Source of the DNA: Haliotis cracherodii
Lineage: Eukaryota
NCBI RefSeq assembly: GCF_022045235.1
Contig: NW_027266343.1
Coordinates: forward strand, 16,926,001 to 16,990,000
Reading direction: 5' to 3'
Length of the DNA: 64,000 nt
The translations under genes were made by a program, and so were the position numbers. How positions within the stretch are numbered: position 1 is the first letter of the stretch; the number at the start of each line of letters is the position of its first letter. Below are positions 38,216 to 51,366 of the stretch, one piece after another. The notes beneath the pieces were generated by a model, which saw nothing but the letters and a program-made list of their open reading frames with translations, ran no database searches and was not told the DNA's origin.

Positions 38216-40234
38216 CATGTATGTGTTATGCTTCTTGGCACCAATGACTCTGAAAAAGTCCAAAATCGACGAAACAATGTATTAAGGGATAACACTCAGT
38301 CTTGCATTTTTCCATATTCATTCCACATTACATTGCAGGATGTCTATTAAATATTTATTGCTTAAGATAGTCTGATTTATTTTAGCAATATGTTATGTTT
38401 TACTGGTTGGGATAACAACATGTTATTATCTACAGGAAGCAGTGACCAAAGACAAAGTATGAAGTCTTCATCGGAAATTAAGTGCTTTTAAATCATCAGC
38501 TGCATTTACCATCTCATTTACACACTATTTACTTACTTCTGAACCTTTTTTTAAACAACACAATGTAATATCGAAATATTATAAAATTGAAACGCCAATG
38601 ATACAAGCTGATCATTCTGAAATATTTTATATATCTAAATATAAAAGTATAATGTATAAATCCTCGATAACAATATATACTAATTTTTAAAACATTTAAT
38701 TTTTTTTGGTATGCTTTGAAAAAATGCCGTTGTCGTACAAGAAGCAGTGAAGGATTATGTGATGCCTATAAGGCATAATGTATTTTTCCAAAACCTAAAT
38801 ATGACTCGACCCTAACAGGATCTTTATCAACGACATTCTCTTCCGTTCTGTGCAAGACATTTCTCCTACCCTTTGTTATCAATGAAGAACACGCACATAT
38901 AACCGGGAAATAAGATTGTAAGAAAAGTACGACGTAATACACCATTGTTGTACCAGTGTTCCGTTGTGCTACGATTTACTATCTGTCAGGGTTTTATTGT
39001 CTATGGCGATTATCTAAGATTAGCAGTTTAAAAATAAAAAGCAACTAAATTTTCGTTCCGTTTTTTGGGGGGAAGTTCTATGAACAACGATGCCTTTGCA
39101 TGAATTCAAACCTTGTGTATACCATGGTTGCAAATTTGCTTTCAGCACATATGCATTTTTATGGCGTAACATGTACACTTTTTTTTCACACAAGTTACTT
39201 GTTTCATACAGTTTAATCAATGCTCAATAAAAATTACAAATACATATACACATACTAGTAGGGTTTTTGATTAAATATTTATGTGAGATTTTGTAAGTTG
39301 ATTGACAGTTTTTCGTCAGGGTGATGAATATGTGTTTCCAGTTACAAAACAATTACATTTCACAGATCCATATTCCATACATTATCAACGTTAGTGATAT
39401 GTGTGAATAAACCACAAGATAAAAGTACATGTAAAGCAAGTTTCATGAACTTAAATATCCATGGTTTTAGTAAAATAATAATAGCCAGTAGCTGAAGAAG
39501 ACATGTAAAAATGTTTGATATGAGTTGGAGCGAATCAGCAGCGATATGAGCATCAATGATAATGACACAAAAGAACAAGAAGATGAGTATATGAAATTCA
39601 AATGCCAATCAATGGTACGCTGTTAACGATAATGAGAGGTTGTGATTATTATGGGGGGAAATTTTAAAAAGAAGGAAAGCATCATGAGGAAGGAAATGAT
39701 AGTTGAACATATTACAAACAACGATGTAAACTACAGCTATTTACACTGGAAATAATACGTGAAGAATTTATGTGTTATGACATTCTACATTTTGATTGAG
39801 ATGATGTTTGATTTTGTGTTGTGTTCGGGCGCTAACATTTCACTGTGGATGTTTCATATGAAGTGCGTTTTGGATGCAGATCGATACTTTTCTCCAGTAG
39901 TTCATACTTTCTCTTATTTATTACCATCGGTATTTTTGTCATTTCAGTAGTGCGTATGTCATTTAATGCAAAAATGTCAGGGATCATGAATAGTTTTGGG
40001 GATATTTTTTTAAAATAAAATTGTGAACACTGCACATTATCCCCCAAAACATTAACTATCCCTAACTTGTTTTGTTTAGTATATATACATGTGGCTTCAA
40101 TGGGTGAATTGTTTGTTATTTTATTGTCCGGGTGATGATGAGGACTAATTCCCTAGTTGTTAAATTATGCTGAAGTAATTGCTACCTCCTCATTTTAACA
40201 TATTGACAAAGATGAAAAATCTTCCAGAACACCA

Positions 40235-40640
40235 TGTTATCATATCATAGAGTTTGCTGTCATTACAGTGTATCATATCTATGATCACATGGTATCATAT
40301 CATCACAGGGTATCATATCATCACTAGTTTCAAATTGCCACTCAGTATCATTTCATCTTAATTTTTTGTATGGGTCGCAATCACAGATCAACATATCATC
40401 ACAGAACACGACATTTACTAAGTGTAGCATATTATTACATAGTATCACATGTTCAGAGTACTGCATCATCACAGAATTTCATATTGTTACAGAATATGAT
40501 ATCTTCGCGTATTATCATAGCATCACATTTCCGCCATATAGCTGGAATAACGCAGAGTATAGCATATTAAACAACCCGATTAAAGTATCACCGAATATAC
40601 CTCCGCAGTATAGTACATCATGATAGAGTATCATATCAAT
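40235..40640. repeat. Degenerate ~20-bp tandem repeat (TATCATATCATCACAGAG-like)
   Basis: Recurring ATCATATCATCAC and ACAGAGTA motifs. Confidence 0.55.
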
Positions 40641-42977
40641 AAAGAAATACAAAACTGAAATATACACAATAATAACAATGCTTTAACTACCAAGGATTCA
40701 TAAGAAATTTCAAAACAACATAGAGAGAAGAGAAAACACAACTTTATGGATGACAGCCAAAGGTGGAATGTTTTCCTTTTGACTAACCAACTTCTAGAAT
40801 GCCAAACAAACAGTTAACGTGGAGAGACTCATTTAAAACCACAACTCATGGAATAAATATCATTGAGGATAGATGACTAAAGTAGGTAGTTACAAGAATG
40901 ATAATATATTTCTCCTGACATGTTTGACAGAAACTATTTAATAGCTAATGTTCTATTTTATCTCTCTAATATACATAAAATGATAATTATAAGCATACCC
41001 TTGAAACGGAAATTAGATTTTACTGCAACGCTACCTTCCGGAGTAACGAGGTTCGCTGTACAAAAAACACATGCCATTTCTTCGAGGTAAGCAAACGGCA
41101 TTTATATTCCAGCTCATTGATACAATTCGCAAAGAGCCATGTTATTATGCATGGCACATGAAATGCATATTAGGATGTACGGATATGTACAAGCACCGAG
41201 AGAGGCGTGTGTCTGTCATTTCCTTTGTAACCTCATGTGTGAATCATACATGGGATTCTATTCATTTCCCACGAGCCAAATATAACGCGAATAACAGTCT
41301 TCCGTCAGATAAACTATTCGCAAAAACAACACTGCATCTGTCAAGGGCTGAGGATTCGTTTTATCATCCGAAATAAAACACATCTAAATAACTGTATTGT
41401 CAAATTATTGTTTGATTTTAAAGAATTAATTGAATTGAACTGTATTTTGAATCGGGTGATAGTGTGATACAAATGCCTTTATTATAGGTTAGGTTTGGGT
41501 AAATAATTTCAAGGTATATATCACACATCAGCCTAATGTTTTACTTAAATTTTGATGGCATCTTCCAAGATGGAACACGATCAAAATCAGCAAGACAGTA
41601 AAACACATGTATGGACAATAAGATATTATCACAGAATCTGCATTAGGCACCGTACTGTTTTTTCTATGTATTTTGTTTTTCTTGTATAGTTTTTGAAAAT
41701 ATTTCTCAACTTTATATATGTTTTTAGTCATAATTCACCACTAGTATCGCTATACATGCAATTGCGAGCAGAAGGTCGACGAAATGTGAACGAGTACAGG
41801 TGTATATAATACATGGATTTCTGTGCCCGAGAAATGAGCAATCACAAATTTATATTAAGTTACATCCTATTTTAATTTAATTTATCCTAAATTAATGTCG
41901 AAAATCATTTGCTGAGTAGGATTCCTTGAAAATGAAGTTCCTCGTTTTCCGAAAACATCCGCATTGCGTTATATTCCTATATTATTTACAATAAATGTAT
42001 GTAGTGGCTTACACGTTTAAAGGGCATTTAATGGACGCATGCTCGAGACTGCCTTGTGGGTTTTTTCGGGTCTTGGGACAGCCGCCATAGAAAGACAGTG
42101 AAATTTAAGATGGTCGTCGTTAGTCCTGAAGTCCATATATGCTACCTTATCAAACAATCATTTATATAGCTGTATTTCGTTCTGGCGCCACGTCTTGCTT
42201 GGCCTCTTGGTCCATTGATAAGGGAGATCAGTGTATGATTTCTTTTCCCTTTCGCATTTGGCGTTTAAATAAGACAAGCTGTCAGTCAGGCAGGGGAGAG
42301 TGGGTTGTTTGTTTATGGTATAGGGAGAAGTTATCGTTTTGTTTGCACGCCGGCCTACCACAGTATTATGGCAATTGCATAAAAATGAAACGGTTTAGGG
42401 TGTTTGTAAAGTAATATGTGCGACAAGTGGCAAACATAATTTCTCTTTGCACAAATTCAATCATAAATATCCCATTTGAAACAAACCGTGGAGAAACAGC
42501 ATTAACTTTGGATTCACACAGGGATTAAATTTTACTTAAACCGTCCTCTTTTCCACTTGTATTGATTCAGTTTAACACAGGATAAAACCGTGATAGCGGG
42601 CCCTTTCTGGGTTTTTTAATGGGTTCAATGACAGGTGTTTTGGATGACCTGTATTGTCAGTAGATTTTTGCAGACCGTGTCAAAATCAGACATAACTGAA
42701 AGTTTATGCACTCTTTTAGATATTTTCTGATTTGTGTTTAAAATATTTTCTTTTTAATGAGATGTAAAATTGTTTCATTTAATTTTTTAATTCAAAAACT
42801 ATATATTTCGCTTTGGAGCATGCGTTTTCGCCAATGTGCTTACACTGAACTGATATTCCTATGATAATATACAGGTGCTTTTATCTCTGCTATAAGGCGT
42901 CATCGTATAAAACACATTGTGGCTTATATGTTTATCGTATTCAATATCAAATATATCCTTAATCAACATAATTTTAA

Positions 42978-43302
42978 GACTGCCTCTATGGTCTAGTGGT
43001 AGAGCGTCCTCCCGAAGAGCGGGAGGTCCAGGGTTCGATCCCCGACCGCGTCGTCCAAAAGACGTTAAAAGATGGTACTTGTTGTTATCCTGTCTGGCGC
43101 TCGACATAAAGGGGCTAAAACAAAGACTGGTCGGCTCGGAGTCAGTATACTGTGTCTGAGTGGGGTATTCATGTTAAACTGCGGCACGGTATCTCAGTGA
43201 GCTAGCACTATAAATCGGTATTAGTCCGGTCTAGTGCATGCACGTTGCTATATAAGTGCAATAATCTTGGACGCGACGGTAAACCCAATTTCACCTCACC
43301 TC
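42978..43302 (+). mobile_element. tRNA-derived SINE family D (MetaSINE-like), full length with 12-bp TSD
   Basis: A box TGGTCTAGTGG, B box GGTTCGATCC. The central CCAAAAGACGTTAAAAGATGGTACTTG...CTGGCGCTCG resembles the Meta domain (from memory). (TCACC)n tail. TSD ACATAATTTTAA at 42966-42977 and 43303-43314. Confidence 0.87.
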
Positions 43303-43699
43303 ACATAATTTTAACCTATTTTTCATTGTGGTAACAACATAAAGACCCATTCAAAGGTTTAACTGACACATTTTTGTGTTTGTTTGTTGTTTAACGCCGT
43401 ACTCTATATGACATAAGCTTCTAAATAATCGAGTTGAGACCAGACCATCCATTTTCTTTTCGCTTTCAGTTTGGTGGCCATCGTGGGTTTAAAACTGGAT
43501 TTTAAACTATATTGAGTCATTGAATATCTTCTGTTTGAGTTGAAACCAAAACCTTTCTATTTGAATTATGCAAAGCAATGTCTAATGATATGAATATGTA
43601 GATAGTCAAGTAATAGCTATCCAGTGGAATAAAATATAACTCTAAATCAACGCAAATACAATTAAAACACACCACCCTTGAAGATTGGGGTTACAATTG

Positions 43700-43822
43700 T
43701 GTTTGTCGTAAGAGGCGACTAACGAAAACGGGTGGTCATGATCAGACTGGCTGACTTGGTTGATACATGTCATCATATCCCAACTGCTCATGATGTCAAT
43801 CACTCGAATGTCTGGACCAGAT
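43700..43822 (+). mobile_element. Retroposon family A internal fragment
   Basis: TTTGTCGTAAGAGGCGACTAACG...GCTGACTTGGTTGATACATGTCATC. Confidence 0.7.
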
Positions 43823-43899
43823 TTTAAACGACACCGACAATGAAGCTATTTAATTGCACCTTATGTCACATGTCAGTGTTGTTACCGGTGAAGGGGCAA

Positions 43900-45040
43900 C
43901 CGCCAGGTGCCATCACACAAGAATAATTATTAATGTTAACGCCAGGTGCTACCACACGAAAATAGTTCTGACGTTAACACCATGTGCTACCACACGAGAA
44001 TACCTACTGCCGTTAACACCAGATGCCACCACACAAGAATACGTACTGCCGTTAACACCAGGTGCCACCACACAAGAATACGTACTGCCGTTAACACCAG
44101 GTGCCACCACACAAGAATACGTACTGCCGTTAACACCAGGTGCCACCACACAAGAATACGTACTGCCGTTAACACCAGGTGCCACCACACAAGAATACGT
44201 ACTGCCGTTAACACCATGTGCTACCAGATAAGAATACGTACTGCCGTTAACACCAGGTGCCACCACACGAAAATACGTACTGCCGTTAACACCAGGTGCC
44301 ATCACACAAGAATACGTACTGCCGTTAACACCATGTGCTACCACACGAGAATACGTACTGCCGTTAACACCATGTGCTACCACACGAGAATACGTACTGC
44401 CGTTAACACCAGGTGCCACCACACGAGAGTACGTACTGCCGTTAACACCAGGTGCCACCACACAAGAATACGTACTGCCGTTAACACCATGTGCTACCAG
44501 ATAAGAATACGTACTGCCGTTAACACCAGGTGCCACCACACGTGAATACGTACTGCCGTTAACACCAGATGCCACCACACAAGAATACGTACTGCCGTTA
44601 ACACCAGGTGCCACCACACAAGAATACGTACTGCCGTTAACACCAGGTGCCACCACACAAGAATACGTACTGCCGTTAACACCATGAGCTACCACATAAG
44701 AATACGTACTGCCGTTAACACCATGTGCCACCACACGAAAATACGTACTGCCGTTAACACCAGATGCCACCACACAAGAATACGTACTGCCGTTAACACC
44801 AGATGCCACCACACAAGAATACGTACTGCCGTTAACACCAGGTGCCACCACACAAGAATACGCACTGCCGTTAACACCAGGTGCCTCCACACGAGAATAC
44901 GTACTGGGGTTAACATCAGGTGCTACCACTCAAGAATACGTACTAGCGTTAATACCAGGTACTACCACGCTAGAAGATGTACTAACGTAAACGCAAGATT
45001 TCATTACACAATAATACCTACTGACGTTAGCACCAAGTAC
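43900..45040. repeat. 39-bp minisatellite, ~28 copies
   Basis: Unit GAATACGTACTGCCGTTAACACCAGGTGCCACCACACAA; edges decayed. Confidence 0.96.
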
Positions 45041-46370
45041 CATCGTAAAGAGAAAAAGTAACGACGTTGGCACAGAGTGTTTGAAAATAAGAATTGGTGT
45101 CCGGTGTCCACAAAGCGATCTTAGCACAATAACTGATGTCAGCGTTGTGTAAATGGAATACGGTATCATTTAACAAAGACAGTTTAGAGCTCCGACTATC
45201 GTACGTCAACTTAAAGAAACACCACGTTCTTACAGCCCATGTTTTTATACCATACCACATGGTTAAGGAGAGATTATGTTTCACTGTCCCGTGGCCATTT
45301 TCAGTCTCTGGCTAGATGTTGTAATGAGTGTCTGATGTCAAGCTGAGACATAGTCCTTGTATAATTTAGATTACCATTAACTGCTTGATTGATATAGACT
45401 TTAAAATTTGAGATCGTAGACGAAGTGAATTTGTATTGACTGGAGTTACAAAGGACTACCAATTGACCCGAGCCAAATCTTAATTTAATCAAGTTGAAAT
45501 ATGAATTGCATATTATTCAAATAATTCTATGATAAGCTTTAAGAAAGCGTTTTATTTCAGTGCCAATCATTTCTTTCTTATCTGGGAAGAAGCGTATGTT
45601 GTAGATAACAAGAACATGCTCTTATTACCTGTCCCCTTAGGCGTGAGATGAAGCAAACAATGACACACATTTCTCGCTTGATTGACAGGTTAAATGTAAA
45701 TATCAAAAGTTTTAATAACTGTGTTTTCTTTTCTCTTAAAACACACGTTGCATATTCTGATCTCTTATTTATATTAATTTTCAGTTGTAATTTACGAAAC
45801 CCATTACCATATATATGCAACTAATAAATGTGGGAATGAATTCTTTCATCGAAGGACAGTTTCAAGGGGATTGAGAAGATCATTACATCACAAGAACTGG
45901 TAAAACATGCCTGAGGCTTGTTATTNNNNNNNNNNNNNNNNNNNNNNNNNNNNNNNNNNNNNNNNNNNNNNNNNNNNNNNNNNNNNNNNNNNNNNNNNNN
46001 NNNNNNNNNNNNNNNNNNNNNNNNNNNNNNNNNNNNNNNNNNNNNNNNNNNNNNNNNNNNNNNNNNNNNNNNNNNNNNNNNNNNNNNNNNNNNNNNNNNN
46101 NNNNNNNNNNNNNNNNNNNNNNNNNNNNNNNNNNNNNNNNNNNNNNNNNNNNNNNNNNNNNNNNNNNNNNNNNNNNNNNNNNNNNNNNNNNNNNNNNNNN
46201 NNNNNNNNNNNNNNNNNNNNNNNNNNNNNNNNNNNNNNNNNNNNNNNNNNNNNNNNNNNNNNNNNNNNNNNNNNNNNNNNNNNNNNNNNNNNNNNNNNNN
46301 NNNNNNNNNNNNNNNNNNNNNNNNNNNNNNNNNNNNNNNNNNNNNNNNNNNNNNNNNNNNNNNNNNNNNN

Positions 46371-46620
46371 NAAGTAAATAGCATACTACTACGGCCTCTC
46401 ATAAAGTGTACACACAAACAGTTCTTTACCGTTCGACATACACAACAGTAGTCTATTGAAGTTGGTAGAACATAAGGAAAGTTATTTTATCAATTAATGT
46501 ATGAACTACCGTCTTAAATCCTCTTTGATATGTATACGCAATTGGTTTCCAACATAACAGTTTTGTCACGATCGCGGAATGGATGTCCATACAGCTTTTC
46601 CCATTCTGTACCGAATGATT
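46371..46620. mobile_element. Second copy of the dispersed segment at 28978-29240, again preceded by an N run
   Basis: GTAAATAGCATACTACTA...CTCATAAAGTGTACACACAAA...GTAGTCTATTGAAGTTGGTAGAA...TTCTGTACCGAATGAT is shared. Confidence 0.75.
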
Positions 46621-49600
46621 CGTGATAGCATTTGTTTAGTTTGTATGTTTACATTTATGGTCGAATGTCATAATGACGACATCTTGGCAACAGAAGGGCT
46701 TCCTCCAGTGAGTAAGAATACCTCAAACCATCGATATACAACATTCACAATACTTATGGCACTAATACTACTCCTACCACCACCACCAATATTACTACTG
46801 CTACTACTGTTGCTATGACTACTACTGCTGCTGCCACTACTGTGACAATAATGGCACCATTTCCAATCTTTAGAGTGATAATTGCTGATTTATAAATTAA
46901 AAGAATATTTTGAAATGTTACTGTTGTCATTCATATTGGAGTGAAATTCCCTTAATTCAGACCACAACATTCTTACTGAAAATGACCCGATATACGGCGT
47001 CATTTTATTTGAAGTGTTCCCGGCAGTGGTCGTCTTGAAGATGGGGTTTCCGGATTAAAAGAGTTTCAATCTATTTGGAATGACAACAGTAAAATTTCAA
47101 AGGTTGCAAAAAATGTTCTTTCAAATGTATATCAGCAAATAACACGTGATGTTTTAATGGAGTTCTATGAGCACATGAAGGTAATCTAATTTTCGACGAG
47201 CAATGACCGGAAGATTGAAAAAAGAAATTCATTGGAGTCCAGTGGATTGTTTTTAGGCGAATGTCGTGCATATTTGAGAAAAACAGATTTCAAAAGAAAT
47301 CTATTCTTCATCAAATTATTACATCTGTCATGAAATTGTAGTAGTTAAGTTGACACCTTGGGTAAACCTCACTATGCCAAGCGGAAAGAGTACACGGACA
47401 ACTCAAAACTCAAAACATAAACATAATTATATTTTTTTAATAATGTGGGCATAAGATATTTGATACCTTAACCAGTATTACTATTGGAGATGTGATACTG
47501 GTTTCAAGAATCAAAACATACAGGATAAAGAGGAATCTTAGTTTAAGAAGAACTACAGGCAATACATGAATGAGAAAAAAAGATTCAAATTTTCCATACA
47601 AACTGCAAAGATCAACCGTTGGCTTTGTGAATTCGTCATTCTCCTAGTGATCTTTATCAGAGTTTCCTGTATGTAAACATTGTCTATGGAATTTACGTTT
47701 AAGCGCTGGCTTTCTCCGTCAGCTTGACATCTCTCAGCCGCGCCAGGATGCGATTACCATGGGTTCGAATCCAATATTCGCCCCGATTATGATCCTTGCT
47801 TCGTTAGTACCGTACCCATGTGGTGTGATTCACAACATTGGTAGGACATTCACTTCAGAATGGAGAGTAGACGTAAAGCACTGTATTATCAATACCTTAA
47901 AACCAAATCTAACTTTGAGAAGTTTCTTTATCTTGGCAAAATATAAGTAGGGAAAATTTACTTTACCCACAATGTTATTCTTCAAACATCGGAGACGAAT
48001 GCCATTATCTGTTTAATGCGAAGCCCTCAAGCCACAACGACTTCTCTGTATTCCAGTTAAATAAATTTATAACGAAAGTCCTAATATTTCAACAATCTGT
48101 AGAACAATAACTCCATCAAATGTATCAGCACTTAAAGATCTATCAAGATTTTTTACTCACCGTCAAAATGCATTTCGCCAAAGCACTTAATGATATTACC
48201 TTTGTAAATAGACATGCATTATATGATAGATATACATTATATGATAGAATATATGCAAATGCCGTCGTGTATGTTATGTATATGAACTGTATTGTAACGT
48301 ATGGTCATGTACCACCGATGGTGGTTGTTTTTTTAGATTAAACAGGATCCAGGTACAATCTTCGAATTTGGGATTTCCTCCAATATTCAGCTTACACACC
48401 ATGATGTCATTGAAATATTATTCAACACAGCGTAAAACTCGTCTCACTTACGCTCTGCTCAGTTTGACTTTACTGTTAGATGGAATCTGACAACATTTAT
48501 ATGAGATAAATGATCCAACTCTGCATGTTCGATCATCTCATTACAATAACCTGCAGTAGTCTTCCCCTTCGCTTGTACAGAAGTATCAGTTATTTTTGTC
48601 AAATAATTAATGTAACAATAATATTTATTTGTTATGCAATATATATTTCCAAGCCATATATCATGACGGGCTTTCATGGAAGTGAAGTGAAACAAAACTA
48701 AATTAAATAATTCCGTTAATAAAACATAATTATAATGTTTACATTGCTTCCAAACGTGTACAATCTTCATAGAGCCACTTTGAAATACTCGTGAATTTTG
48801 AACGTTTTTCATGTTTAGGTCACATTAGTCTGCTATAATTACCCGCGAAGCATTATCGTTCTTAACTACGTTTGTTTGCAATAAACAATGTTACACTAAA
48901 TCCTTGAAGGGGTGTACAAGACTCAAAGCATGGACATTGTTATGTAACAAACACACGTCAAATCTTTGACGTCTAAACGTGGAAGGTCAACAAAATAAAG
49001 CCAATCAGCTTTCGTTATTCACGAAACGCAACTCCTATTTTACAACCAACGTGTGTATATTTACCGAACAGTTTTAATTATTTGCTTCCCGACTTGTTCC
49101 TTTTCACTGCGGAACTGTCATTATTTAGTGCAGAACTAACAGGAAGTGGTCAATTTACCAATCAGAAAGACCACCCCGTGACTACTACCTGTTCTGTTGG
49201 TAATCTAACCTTGTTAAAGTAACACTCATAAACCGAATAACACAGAAGTGTCATCAGATACCTTGTTAACAAAATTAACAAAGCACAAATTGTCCTGTAA
49301 GCCTTCAATTAACTTCGGAATAAGGTAAATACAAATACAACCATAACTACCACAGCACTGGGTAATTAGCTGTCAATTAGTCGGCCGGTAAACATTGTGA
49401 GAGTACTAAATGGTCATTCAATGATTGGCTACTGCTAAGAGCAGCTCTTACGGTCAAACAAGACTGACCATTGCCGGGTTCTAATTAGGATTGGCGTATT
49501 CTATAGCATTACATATAAATGTCAAATGACCATCGTCATATTTAGACAATTGAGTTTTACAAAGAATGTGATACCCTTACTTATGGTGGTAAATGCCTTG

Positions 49601-50730
49601 TAGGTAGATTATAGGCTGTTTTATCAATACAGGAAGAATTATACGATACTCCGAGAGGAATGGAGTTTCCTGTAGGGCAGAACTTCGTAGATGTGGATCC
49701 TCTAACTTAGGAAACCTCAAGTGCGTGTACCGCATTCTTTACGGTTAAATACCAGAGTGTTATTTCGAGCGATTAAGATGAAACCTATTGCGTCCTTATT
49801 GAGAGGTAATCTTGTTACGATGATAAGGATGGACACACTACAAGGATATACGTTATTAAGGTTTAATTAATGTCCTCATTACGGAGTAACAGGACTAATA
49901 CTGTTTGGTTTGTGGCAACATACACTTACTTTTTTATGGAAATTGTATGAGTGATGGGTTCTACCTGTAGAGCAGGTCAGTCTTACCCTTTTTTGCGAAC
50001 ACCTGGTGTCATCATTGATGTTCAGCGATCCATTCATATAATTTCCAACACTATTTTCCCTTTTACGTCAAATGAAATCTATTTCGGCAGAAAATCGAGA
50101 CTGATGTTTTCTTGGTTTGACGTGTTATATTGTGTACATGTAAACGCTTGTAGCGTCTAGGTTCGGACAACGGGAATTCCGAAATAGTGGAATCCGGTTA
50201 AGAGAAGTTTCATTTAAATGGGTGATGTGCTTAAGGAAATAATATCAGTTCAAATATTTATTATTCTGTGTTTCCAGTGTTTGTTGTCAACAGGTTGTAA
50301 CATACTATAATAGGATGAATACAGATTCGAACTGTTTTTGAGTCATATCACGGGGTGTAAGCTTGACGTACGTAGAAGGTAAAACCGAAGTGAAACATAT
50401 CACGGACGTTGTGCTGACTGGCCAATCGTATTTAATACAAAACTGTCACAGAGAGAGTACCAAACCAGCAAATGTGTGTGTGTTGTTATATCTTTCTGTA
50501 TTGTATACTCCCTAGGGAGCTGAGAATACTAAATGGAGTGCACACTGTTTCAAAGACCGGGCGTATCGCTATGATGATTTACATGNNNNNNNNNNNNNNN
50601 NNNNNNNNNNNNNNNNNNNNNNNNNNNNNNNNNNNNNNNNNNNNNNNNNNNNNNNNNNNNNNNNNNNNNNNNNNNNNNNNNNNNNNNNNNNNNNNNNNNN
50701 NNNNNNNNNNNNNNNNNNNNNNNNNNNNNN

Positions 50731-50853
50731 GCTTTTAGCAGTATTCCAGCAATATCACGGCAGGGGACACCAGAAATGGGCTTCACACATTCTACCCATG
50801 TCGGGAATCGAACCCGAGTCTTCGGCGTGACGAGCGAACGCTTTAACCACTAG
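50731..50853 (-). mobile_element. SINE family B between N runs
   Basis: Close reverse-complement match to 59822-59986. Confidence 0.85.
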
Positions 50854-51059
50854 NNNNNNNNNNNNNNNNNNNNNNNNNNNNNNNNNNNNNNNNNNNNNNN
50901 NNNNNNNNNNNNNNNNNNNNNNNNNNNNNNNNNNNNNNNNNNNNNNNNNNNNNNNNNNNNNNNNNNNNNNNNNNNNNNNNNNNNNNNNNNNNNNNNNNNN
51001 NNNNNNNNNNNNNNNNNNNNNNNNNNNNNNNNNNNNNNNNNNNNNNNNNNNNNNNNNNN

Positions 51060-51366
51060 CACATTAAAATAAATAAATTCAACAACGGGGTTTCAGGTGA
51101 TCCTGGCACAGTCAGGATGGTTAGGCTCATCATCAGCTCAGGGCCCTTGCTCCCTCTACACCGAATGAGACTTCCCCAAGGAAGCGCTGCCAAGTCAAAC
51201 CCGCCAAGAACTTTTCGGAAAATGTGAAGACTCCCAAACGCTGCAGCTTTCTGCATTACCCAGATTGTCAGAAGGGCTGTATTCCCAGCAGCAAACCCGG
51301 GTACTCTCCCAATGTCAGTCAAGAGATTGAGATGCTAAAAAACCTGAGGCACCGAGAACAATGGGT
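51060..51366 (-). mobile_element. 3' fragment of an R4/Dong-like non-LTR retrotransposon (second copy)
   Basis: Encodes MQKAAAFGSLHIFRKVLGGFD. Nucleotide match to 27421-27730, including CCCTGAGCTGATGATGAGCCTAACCA. Confidence 0.7.

Noticed and set aside
43949-44929. 326-aa and overlapping repeat ORFs
   Set aside because: By-products of a 39-bp (13-codon) minisatellite open in several frames on both strands; no unique domain or splice context.
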